From: Octopus sinensis | Lineage: Eukaryota | Reading direction: 5' to 3' | NCBI RefSeq assembly: GCF_006345805.1 | Contig: NC_043004.1 | Coordinates: 69,626,001 to 69,690,000 of the forward strand | DNA: 64,000 bases | Shown: positions 53,013-64,000 of the stretch, in pieces | Position numbering within the stretch: the stretch's first letter is position 1 | Layout: the number at the start of each line of letters is the position of its first letter | The notes under the pieces: model-generated | Database searches by the model: none | Seen by the model: only the letters and a program-made list of their open reading frames with translations | What the model was told of the DNA's origin: nothing | Program-made: the position numbers and the translations under genes

Positions 53013-54582
53013 ACGGATGTGTATATACTTGCATATGTACAGTTCCCCCTTCCCTGCTGTTGTACACGACACTTTCCCTTGGTACTACTATGTGAGACAG
53101 AACCCAAAACCTCATGGTTGAGAAGCAAACTTCTTAACCACCATCCACCCCCCCCCACACACACACACACATACCCCACTTGCATAGTAATTATAATGAC
53201 TAATGTTTAAAGTTGACAAACACGATCTATGCCAACAAAGCAATCCCCAGTTGGATCTTCAACAAAGTCTCTCTTATTCAAATGACAGTTATTTATTGCC
53301 TCCAAACTATAAATCCTTTGTGTCTTATCATTAATAGACACAATTATTATTATTATTATTATTATTATTAAGGCAGCAAACTGGCAGAATTGTTAGCATG
53401 CCAGGCAAAACGCTTAACAGTATTTCATCCATCCTTACGTTCTGAGTTCAAATTCTGCTGAAGTTGACTTTACTTTTCCCCTTTTTGGGGGTCTGTGAAA
53501 TATGTACCAGTTACGTACTGGGGTTGATATAATTGACTAGCCCTTCCCCAAAAATTTCCTTTTAGTAGAAAGGATCGTTATTATTATGTATTTGCTGGGA
53601 GTGGTTTGGTTGGTAGAATTATCAGGGCAACCAACAAAATGATTTGTGGTATTTACTTGCATGCTTTTGAATTGAGTTCACTTCTTTCCCAGCTCAACTC
53701 TGTCATTCCTCCTTCCATGGTTGAAGAAGTAAAATAACAATCAAATAATAGGAGATGCCAACCATTCTCTTCTACAACATTTGTGGTTTTGTTATATATA
53801 TATATATATATATATCAATCATCATCATCATTGTTTAACATCCATGGGTTGGTCAGTTTGACAGGAGCTGACCAGACAGTATACTACCCTGGGCTACAGT
53901 GTCTATTTTGGCATAGTTTTTACAGCTAGATACCCTTCCTAACACCAGCCACCCCACAGAGTGGATTGAGTGTTTTTTATGTGGCATCATCACAAGCAAG
54001 ATCAGTTTTGACATAGTTTTTACAGCTGGGTGCCTTTCCAAATGCCAGCCACTTCACAGTGTGGACTTGATGCTTTTTACGTGGCACCAGCATATATACA
54101 TTCATGGGCAAAATCCAGGGATTCAAACGTAGGAAGTTTGTCAGCTTCAAGCATGAGTGGACAGTGTACAATCAGGAACAATAACAGTTAATTGGCATTG
54201 AAAGTTACACACTTTTTCTCATATCGAAGTTACAAGGAAAAGCTAAGAGTTTCTCTATAGCTCACAATTAGCAACTGGACAGAGTTGCTACAAATGTGAA
54301 TAAAAATCCAAATTGAGGGTGTGGAATGGGTAAAATGCAAGCTACATATGATTTTGGGGTAACTAAGAAACCTCCAAGTATCAGATAGCTAAGAAACATA
54401 CATTGCCTGCATTTTACCCGTTCTGCTCCCTGAATATAGATGCATGTGTGTGGTTTCCTGGGTCTCACCCTTCCACAAGTTATGTGTTTCCAATGGTACA
54501 CTCATTGGTTCACTTTTTTCTTCTGTTGGCAATGCGGACAAGACGTCTATACACTATTTTGCTGGTATAACTAAGGAAAAGT

Positions 54583-54810
54583 GGCGAGATGGCAGAATCG
54601 TTAGCACGCCGGGCGAAATGCTTAGCAGTATTTCGTCTGCCGTTACATTCTGAGTTCGAATTCCGCCGAGGTCGACTTTGCCTTTCATCCTTTCGGGGTC
54701 GATTAAATAAGTACCAGTTACGCACTGGGGTCGATATACTCGACTTAATCCGTTTGTTTGTCCTTGTTTGTCCTCTCTGTGTTTAGCCCCTTGTGGGTAG
54801 TAAAGAAATA
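54583..54810 (+). mobile_element. Family B SINE (young)
   Basis: Perfect 19-bp TSD ggtataactaaggaaaagt (54564-54582 / 54811-54829). Confidence 0.95.
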
Positions 54811-54924
54811 GGTATAACTAAGGAAAAGTAATTTTGTTTGACACACTGATTTATTGTCAGTTTTCTTGGTCATATATGCATACAAATATATACATGAACA
54901 TATGTAAGCACCCAAGGACCATCA

Positions 54925-55125
54925 TCATCATCAGCATCCTAGTCCGGTGTCACACTCTGCGATGCTGTGGTCATCATGATGTCTTGCCACCTCCTCCTGT
55001 CCTCTACCCCATGGACAGTTGAGAATAAAGACAATCCTGTGGCTGCGATGTCTTTCAGCCAAGAAGTGGGTGCTGTGCCTCTTTTACGTCTGCTGATCAC
55101 CTTGCCAGTTATGACCGTACCCAAA
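54925..55125 (-). mobile_element. RTE LINE extreme 3' end
   Basis: GKVISRRKRGTAPTSWLKDI...EDRRRW* pattern followed by a (GAT)n tail. Confidence 0.75.
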
Positions 55126-55423
55126 GACCAGGCGGTAGTTTTTAACCAGGCAGTGTATCAATTCTGCCATTCCTGTAAATAGACCCTCTCTCTCTCTCTC
55201 ACTCTCTCTCGTATGTTTGTGTGTATATGTGTGTCTATATATCATCATCGTTGTTTAACATCCATCTTCCATGCATGCATGGGTAGGATAGTTGACAGGA
55301 GCCAGCCAAGTAGAAGACTACCCCAGGTTACTGTGTCTGTTTTGTCAGGGGTTTTTACAGCTAGATGTCCTTCCTAACACCAACCACTCTGCAGAATGGA
55401 TGCAGTGCTTTTTACATAATTAA

Positions 55424-55458
<35 letters not shown>

Positions 55459-55575
55459 AAATAATATGTTACATTACTCAATAGTCAAGATAAAACTCTG
55501 AGTTTCAGATGCCGAAGTGGAATCCACAACACCATCTCTTCGGTTATCTGACTATATCTGACTATATATAATATA

Positions 55576-55608
<33 letters not shown>

Positions 55609-55660
55609 ATATATACACACCCATATTACTTCATTAAAAAGCAGTAAAAATTTACAAAAG

Positions 55661-55700
55661 CTGTTACTCAGAGTTTCATGTTCCCGTTCATCAGACAGTT
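55661..55700 (-). ncRNA. Type I hammerhead with an intact core; a damaged inverted twin lies at 55706-55746 (+), in a foldback element at about 55615-55850
   Basis: Minus strand aactgt CTGATGA acgggaacat GAAA ctc t gaG TA acag. Confidence 0.75.
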
Positions 55701-55845
55701 AAACAAACTGTGTTGAACGGAAATGTGAAACTCTGAGTAACAGTTTTTGATATTTTTGCTGGTTTATAATAAAGCATATTGCTCTACCTCTGACATTCAA
55801 GTACTATTTTTTCCACCTTGTTTCGCATTTATGTGCTTACTCTGG

Positions 55846-55903
<58 letters not shown>

Positions 55904-56723
55904 ACAGGTGTCACTACATGGTTAAGAAGTTTGCTTTTCATCCATGTAGTTTCTGGTTCAGTCCCACTGTGTAGCATCTTGGACAGGTATCTTCTACTAT
56001 TGCTGTAGGCTGCCTATTGCCTTGTGATAACCAATGTTGGTTTGTTTATGTCTTGTAACTTAGATGCTTGGTGGTAAAATAGTGGAGTAAGTATCCAACT
56101 TTAAAAAAAAGTACTAGGTCAATTTGTTCAACTGAAACCCTTCAAGGTGATGCCCCAGCATGGCCACACTCCAGTAACTAAAACAAGTAAGAGAGACTAA
56201 AGGATAAAATGAGTAAATAACACACAAACACATTCTTCTTCTTCTACTTCTTCTTTCTTCTCCTTCTTCTTCTTCTTCCTCTCTTCTTCCTCTTCTTCTT
56301 CCTCTTCTTCTTCTCCTTCTTCTTCTTCCTCTTCTTCTACTTCTTCTTCTTCTTAATATTCTTCAGATGTGATTCCATGGAATGGTTTAGAAAACGTCCA
56401 GAGTGACGTAACAAAGTGTTTCTATTATTGTCATTTAGTATGGCAATGGTAAGGAAGGTGAGCCGCCACCAAGTGAGGCCGCTACTATCTAAAAACAGGT
56501 TTCATTTCCTGTAGATAGGTTCTCTAATTGCTCTTCAGTTGCTATCAAATCTGTGAATCAAATCTCAAATAATAATTTAATTTTCCTAGTTTCAGTCTAG
56601 CAAAATAGAAACAGTTGTTGTTGTTGTGTTTCTTGTTTTTGTTTTTTTTTGTATATTTTCTGTTGTGAAGCCTCTTAATTTATTTTTCTTCTAACTTCGT
56701 GGATTGGTATTATGTAAGTATGC

Positions 56724-56755
<32 letters not shown>

Positions 56756-56923
56756 CCATCCATCCATATGTATGCATACATATGTATGTGTATATGTAAA
56801 TATTTGTGTATATAATATAATATCATTCCGTGTGTGTGTGTGTATCTGAAGGCACATGGCTCAGTGGTTAGATTGTTGGTCTCACTATCACAAGGTAATG
56901 AGTTCAATTCCTGGACTGGGCTG

Positions 56924-56997
<74 letters not shown>

Positions 56998-57260
56998 CAA
57001 CTAATAAGGGTGAGAAAATTGGATACTAATTTAATAGTACATCCATTTAACACCAAGTGGCTTAGTGCATCAAAACCAGGAATACAATAAATTTTATACG
57101 TAAATATAAGAGAGTAACCACTATGTGGTCGACTCTAGCACTAAAAATAGATCCACTAGGTTTCAGCCACAAAGAATTGTATATGTATGTATGGATTTAT
57201 ATTTGTATGTAGATATATATATGTGTGTGTGTATGTATGGATATATATATATGTGTGTGT

Positions 57261-58171
57261 GTTAAATAAAATGAGACAACAAAACCAAGGCAATGTGAAG
57301 TTTCTAGGACATTTATAAAGAGAAAGGTAGTCTTACGGCTGTTTCAGGGACATAAATGATATCCCATCATCAGAGATGATATGAGAGAGTTAAATAGAAG
57401 GAAATAGTAGAGTTCAATATAAGAAGTTATTTTAGAAAGGGAGAGATATAAGAAGTATAAAGGGAAATATGAGAATGAAAAGATATATATGTTGAAGTTG
57501 CTGTTCCATTAACCAAGGAATATGCTATGTAGAATGGGTAAAGAGGCTTCTTAACCATGGTATGTAAATTCTGATGGAAGTTCTTATTTTGTTATTACAT
57601 ATGGATAGTGTGCAGGTATTAATTCCATGTGGTGTTCATTCTAAGGATTCTTATAGTGTAAATGAAATTTTGAGAATATACTGGTAAGGGGAAGTAGATA
57701 GAGAGAAGAGAATGGATATGTTAGAAGGAAGAAAAATGGTATTGGTCAAAAGGATTAAGGGAGGAAAGAAGAAAGAGGAAAAGAAAAGGAAAAAAGGAGT
57801 GCTGGATGGTGGTCAAGATATTGTGAGGTGTGGGGAGAGGAGAGCTATCAGTAGATAAAAGGAATAGGAGGGATAGAAGGAAAAAATAAGAATGTAAGGA
57901 AGGAATATGTATGAGAAGTGGGAGGTGGGGTGATGTGTTTGAAAAGGTACTAAGGTGGAGAGATAAAGAATGTGGTACCCAGTGGGGTACTAGAAGTGAG
58001 TAGTAAACCTCAAAAAGAAGGGAAGAGTAAGAAGATATAATGGTCAAGCTTCTAAAAATAGACATAGTTATATCTTTTATATCCCTAAAACAGCTATAAG
58101 TCTACCTTTCTCTTTATAAATGTCCTAGAAATTTTGCACTGCCTTGGCTTTGTTGTCTCATTGTATTTAAC
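57261..58171. mobile_element. Penelope-like remnant (- strand) with an inverted partial terminal repeat
   Basis: Arms 57261-57362 / 58070-58171; the left arm has a full hammerhead and the right arm begins inside stem II; interior strongly purine-skewed. Confidence 0.75.
57330..57377 (-). ncRNA. Minimal type I hammerhead ribozyme, canonical core
   Basis: Minus strand atct CTGATGA t gggata tcattta tgtccc t GAAAC agcc GTA agac. Confidence 0.8.
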
Positions 58172-58291
58172 ATATACACACTCATACACAATTCACATTA
58201 GACTCCTCACTCATACTATTATCGAACAGCAGTCCTTCCGTAACACACACATAGCCTTACCTGCCTTTTGCGTCTGCTGGATACCAAAACC

Positions 58292-58329
<38 letters not shown>

Positions 58330-58339
58330 TTCTTTTTTT

Positions 58340-58733
58340 TTCTTTTTTTACTTGTTTCAGTCATTTGACTGCTGCCATGCTGGAGCACCGCCTTTAGTCG
58401 AGCAAATCGACCCCGGGACTTATTCTTTGTAAGCCCAGTACTTATTCTATCGGTCTCTTTTTGCCGAACCACTAAGTGACGGGGACGTAAACACACCAGC
58501 ATCGGTTGTCAAGCAATGCTAGGGAGACAAACACAGACACACAAACACATACATATATATATACATACATACGACAGGCTTCTTTCAGTTTCCGTCTACC
58601 AAATCCACTCACAAGGCATTGGTCGGCCCAGGGCTATAGCAGAAGACACTTGCCCAAGATGCCACGCAGTGGGACTGAACCTGGAACCATGTGGTTGGTT
58701 AGCAAGCTACTTACCACACAGCCACTCCTGCAC

Positions 58734-58737
<4 letters not shown>
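58340..58737 (-). mobile_element. Family A SINE (full length)
   Basis: Near-consensus reverse complement. Confidence 0.92.
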
Positions 58738-58765
<28 letters not shown>

Positions 58766-58766
58766 C

Positions 58767-58815
<49 letters not shown>

Positions 58816-58959
58816 ATAAGCTTCAAATGGAAACTGGTTGCTCTTTCACAGGGATGTATTTTATCCAAGCGTATACCTGTTAGCTCCATATATACTTTGG
58901 ATTTCATTAATTTGTGTTAGTATTAGTGCTAACACCTATGAAGTTCCATTTCTTGTTAT

Positions 58960-60700
58960 AGAAAACCATTATAGAATTTGATAATAAATATTAGGTAAGA
59001 AAGGACACTAGCAATAGCTTTGATATTACAATAGGATCTGCTGATTCAGTACAGGTCACAGATTAAGTGGGAGTATATATATTGTTTAACCTAAGGAATT
59101 CCTGGATCTCATGAGTGGTGTATATAGAGATAATGTACTATTTACATTAGATAACTTATCTAATAGGAGATTGGAAATATATAAGAAAATCTTTTATGAA
59201 TTCTTCAAGAACATAGGACTATCCATAACTATCAAACACAACTCCATCAATTTCTTGGACATTAACCTCAGTCTAGAAACGGAGATATATAAACCCTACC
59301 ATAAGCCATATACCAACCTAAGATATATTAACATAAATAGTAACCATCGAAGAAGCATTACATATAGATTAATTGACAAATATAGCAAAAAATATTTCGA
59401 ATCTCTCGACGAATGAGGAAATTTTTAAACAGAATGTGGACTATTATAATATAGCTCTAAATAAAGTAGGATATAAGTAAAAATTACTTGAACTGAACAT
59501 AAATTTTTATAATAAGAACTATACACAAAATACTGTTCAAAATAATAAAATTAAAATAGAGGAAAATAAACATAAGGAAAAACGATTACAGATGGAATTT
59601 GATATAAAATAGATGAGAGTAATAAAAGAATAAAACCGAGAAACAAATAACTAGAATAGAAACACCAAAGAAATAATAAAATTTAAAGATAGTAGAATAA
59701 AATTCTGGCCCAAAACAAAACACTATAATAATGACTTGAATAACCTAAATAGGATAATAAATAACCAAAAGATAGTAATTGAGAACCTAAAGAGTAATAG
59801 GTAGAACAATTCTGTAAAACATTACACCCCATGTCTAAAAGTAATTAATCTCCAGAAAAATTACTTTAAAAGGAATTACTATGAAAATAATATAGCATGG
59901 TTCATAATACCATTTGCAAAACAAATTAGAATCAATATAGTGAAATCATTTTACAAAGTGGTAGCCAAGCACTTTTCAGAGAAAAACAAATATTACAAAA
60001 CAATAAACTCACGCAAATTCAGGACAGGTTTCTGCACTTCAAAAAACATTGCACAAACTATATCTGCACGAAATACTCAAAAGTTGAATGATTTTTATAA
60101 TAGGTGTAAGGAAATACAATGATTTACTTAACAGCCAGAATGACGAAGATCACAACAAACGAAGGAAGGGAAGTAACCCTTAATGGCTCCCCACTAAGAT
60201 CGAAAAATGTAAACTTTTTAGCTAAACCTCGTAACACAAAAAATAAACATAAAAAACAACCCTGAAAACAGGAAAAATAGGCACAGCACTAGTAATAAGG
60301 AAACAGTGAAAGGTCCTGAAAATAAAACCTGTAATTGTGCCAACAACAATAAAAACAGATGTCCATTAAGATATTTTTGTAGAGAAAAAAGTATAATATA
60401 TAGGTGTAAAGTAATATCAGAGGGGCAGGATTACTACTATATAGGCTCCACAGAAAATTATATAAAAAGCAGGATAGCCAACAACGAAAGCACATTTAGA
60501 GATAAGAGGAAAGAAGCTAGCACTAGTTTAAATAGATTAATTTGGGAAATTAAGAACAAAAATAAGGAATATACACTGAAGTTGGAAGTATTTAGCAGGG
60601 CAAAGTCTTATGGCATTGGAAGCAAAAGGTGTGATTTATTCATTGAGGAATATATGTGAATATATAAATATCTAGAACTAATAATTCTATATTAATCTAA
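58960..60700 (+). mobile_element. Penelope-like retroelement (RT plus GIY-YIG endonuclease), 5'-truncated pseudogene
   Basis: Fragments read FDITIGSADSVQVTD*VGVYIL, GVYRDN (YRDD site), NFLDINLSLETEIYKPYHKP...YININSNH, AWFIIPF...KHF, CNC....CPL..C...IIYRCKV...YYIGST...TSL...IWEIK...RCDL; stops and frameshifts; between (TA)n tracts. Confidence 0.9.
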
Positions 60701-60873
60701 TAGAGGAATATGCATTGAAACCCTTACTATCAGCTGACGTATCAAAATAAATAATTTAACAATTATATTAAATAAGTGAAGGATAGAGAACTTGTTATAT
60801 TGACAAGGAAAAAGAAATGTGTATATGTATATAGATATATGTGTGTGTATATATATATATATATGTATATATA

Positions 60874-60943
<70 letters not shown>

Positions 60944-61036
60944 ATATATGTATATATATATGTATATATATATATGTATATATATATGTGTATATATATA
61001 TGTGTATATATATGTGTATATATATATATGTGTATA

Positions 61037-61098
<62 letters not shown>

Positions 61099-61809
61099 TA
61101 TATATTTAATAAATTTTTAAATATTATATTTAATTAAACATTCCATGAATGATAAACATGGAAAGTAACCTTAAAATAAAACGTACCCTCACCATTTGAT
61201 AATAGTCTGACTCCATACATGTGATACATCGTGAATCATACCCCCATTAATGAAAATTAATTTAACTAAAAATATATATAATAACCTAAACTATCAACAA
61301 ATAAAACTAATACATCTAAGTAAATAAAAATTAAAATTCTCACAACTAAATAAGTAGAAGTTAAATATATTGATTGAATTTTTGCTAATATATATTATTT
61401 TTATTCTTTTCACAAGTGAGTAGAGATAGGAGTGGTAGTCAGCTTTTATAAAAACCAATCTAAGGAGAATGGTAGTATGACCTAGTTCCTCAGAACTACA
61501 ACTAGCCATTGTCCACTGTGGTCGTAGTTTAACTTCAAGATATTTTTAGAAAGGAATCCAAAAGACACAAAGCATGTTGCTATCTTAGTCTACAAGCAAC
61601 TCTCCCCTCCATTAGGATGTGAAGGAATATTTTCTTCATTTTTTGCCCTGAAGAGATGTTTACCTTTTAAATGCATAATGCAACCGTAATTGCAAAATAT
61701 GAATGAAGGTAAGAAATTAAAATATACATAGGCAATATGAAATTGACTATTATATAAATAAATTGATTTTTTTTCTCTGTTCAAACTCTCCCTTTTCCTT
61801 TTATATATA

Positions 61810-62024
61810 TATTTCTTTATTGCCCACAAGGGGCTAAACATAAAGGGGACAAACAAGGACATTAAGTCGATTACATCAATCCCAGTACGTAACTGGTACT
61901 TAATTTATCGACCCCAAAAGGATGAAAGGCAAAGTCAACCTCGGCAGAATTTGAACTCACAACGTAACAGCAGACGAAATACGGCTACGCATTTTGACCG
62001 GCGTGCTAACGTTTCTGCCAGCTC
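61810..62024 (-). mobile_element. Family B SINE
   Basis: Reverse-complement match. Confidence 0.88.
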
Positions 62025-62044
62025 ACACACATACATACACACAT

Positions 62045-62465
62045 TTATCAATTTGTTTTGCGAGATTCCAGATGTGAAATTATGTGTTGAAACGGATATT
62101 GTTGCATTTCAGGATGGTCAGTTTCTTTTTTTTTTTTTTTTTTTTTTTGCCAAATAAACACACGCACCATATATTTTTTCTTCACTTATATTATTACTTT
62201 AACTTATGTCCATTGTCTGGAAATCTTTCATCATACGTCTGTGACCTCTTCAGCGACACTTTTCATTTGCATCTGTGTTCTTGCTCCATGAAAATGAAAA
62301 GTGTCGCTGAAGAGGTCACAGATGTGTGACGAAAGATTTCCAGACAATGGGCATGAGTTAAAATAATATAAGAACAGTAATAAATGCGTGAGGGGAAACA
62401 AATATATAGTGTGTGCGTTTTTTGGCAAAAAAAGAAAATGATCATCCGGAAATACAACAATATAT
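62045..62465. mobile_element. Foldback element with two divergent hammerheads (62214-62259 -, 62302-62346 +)
   Basis: ~170-bp arms; plus copy tgtcg CTGAAGA g gtcaca gatg tgtgac GAAA gatt TC cagaca. Confidence 0.8.
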
Positions 62466-62988
62466 ATAGATCACAGCCATAGCTTATGCCAGTGTTGCAT
62501 AACCAGCCCATTTAAAAGTAGCCTTGAATCATCGGGCAATATGTTGTACTCGAGAAGACCTATTGAGTCATGGAAAATCAAAAAATCAAATTCCTGATTG
62601 AAATCAAATTGGAAATTGTGGTTGTGGCCGATGCCAGTGCTGCCTGACTGGCACTCGTGCTGGTAGCACGTAATAAGCACCATTCAAGCATGGGTTGTTG
62701 CTAGTGCTGCCTGACTGGCTCTTGTGCCAGTGGCACGTAAAAAGCACCCACTACACTCAGAGTGGTTGGCATTAGGAATGGCATCCAGCTGTAGAAGACT
62801 TGCCAGATCAGATTGCAACCTGCTGCAGCCTCCTGGCTTGCTAGTTTCCAGTCAAAACATCCAACCCATGCCAGCATGGAAAGCGGACGTTGAACAACAA
62901 CGATGATGATGATGATATATATATGTATGTATGCATGTATACATATATGTATGAATGGAAGTATGTATATACATATATATGTTTGTGT

Positions 62989-63028
<40 letters not shown>

Positions 63029-63559
63029 AACCCATGCTAGCATGGAAAGCGGACGCTAAACGATGATGATGTATGCATGCATGTATGTATGCATGTATAT
63101 ATGTATATATATATATGTATGCATGTATGTATATATATATGTATATATATATGTATGTATGTATATGTATATATGCATGTATGTATATATATATATGTAT
63201 ATATGCATGTATGTATGTATATATATATGTATGCATGTGTATATATATATGCACCGATACCAGTTTAAGAATGATAAATGTCTTCTCTACAGAAGTATAG
63301 AGTAACCTGTCAGATTAATGTAAAACTGTTTTTATTACAACTGAACATTAAAACAAACATTAACATATATAAAATGTTTACATATGCGTTATATGATGGG
63401 TGTATATATATTATTTAATGTTTATGAGGGTGATATACCATATTTGTGGTCAGGGTAAAAGTTTCATCGAGATGGAGAGTGATATAGAGTTGGAACAGTG
63501 AGGCAGACCGGGACAAAGAAATGAAGAGACAGGCTTTGAACGAGTTGAAAAATAGATGC

Positions 63560-64000
63560 GGGCAGCAAAGAACTGTATTTGGTCATTAACCTGTTATCAG
63601 AGGAATGGAGAAAGCTGTGTTTATATGTGAAAGGTGCACAGGAGCCATAAAGACTAATGATACACAGAAAATTGATTTTCCCAAATGTCCTAGATGCTCC
63701 TTAGAGGTAGTGGATAATTGGATAATTTCTCTTACCCAGGTGACCTAATTAGCAGTGGAGGAGCATGTTTAGAAAGTGTAGTTGCTAGAATTGGGATAGG
63801 ATGGAGACCATTCAGAGAGTTATTACCTCTGTTGGTAATAAAAGCTCTCTCTCTTTCTCTCCAATTGAAAGGCAGATTGTATGATGCTTGTATATGTACA
63901 GCAACACTACATGGTAGTGAAACATGGGTTCTGAATGCAGAAGGCATGAAGACAAGAGAGGAATGAAGCTAGTACACTCCGTTGGATGTGCAGTGTCAGT
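63560..64000 (+). mobile_element. RTE-clade LINE fragment (RT C-terminal region), running off the window
   Basis: FICERCTGAI...DNFSYPGDLISSGGACLESVVARIGIGWRPFRELLPLL...KGRLYDACICTATLHGSETW. Confidence 0.9.

Noticed and set aside
56367-56450. Possible next GRK exon after a pyrimidine tract and cag
   Set aside because: The tract is a (CTT)n microsatellite, and no frame gives the expected YL..PF..F...FLQWK sequence.
57721-58065. 114-aa hydrophobic ORF on -
   Set aside because: Pyrimidine-skewed interior of a Penelope-like remnant with no recognisable motif; 50281-50808 is similar.

Overview
AT-rich, microsatellite-dense eukaryotic DNA; the SINE families look like those of Octopus (recognised from memory, not searched). 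Nearly all of the window is intronic. Two short + strand exons (21150-21227 and 52550-52653), separated by a 31.3 kb intron, encode part of the RGS-homology domain of a GRK4/5/6-type G protein-coupled receptor kinase. The introns hold tRNA-derived SINEs, an RTE-tailed repeat, a young 5'-truncated CR1/L2-group LINE, RTE fragments, a decayed Penelope-like element (RT plus GIY-YIG), and Tc1/mariner, piggyBac and hAT relics. The most striking signal is about 14 loci with minimal type I hammerhead-ribozyme-like motifs. Most lie in (TA)n-flanked foldback elements, as divergent pairs with the left copy on - and the right copy on +. At five loci, in several unrelated sequence contexts, the core is the compensatory U3-A8 form (UUGANAA) instead of CUGANGA. 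Almost all ORFs in the supplied track are microsatellite or SINE artefacts. All alignments and folds were done by eye.
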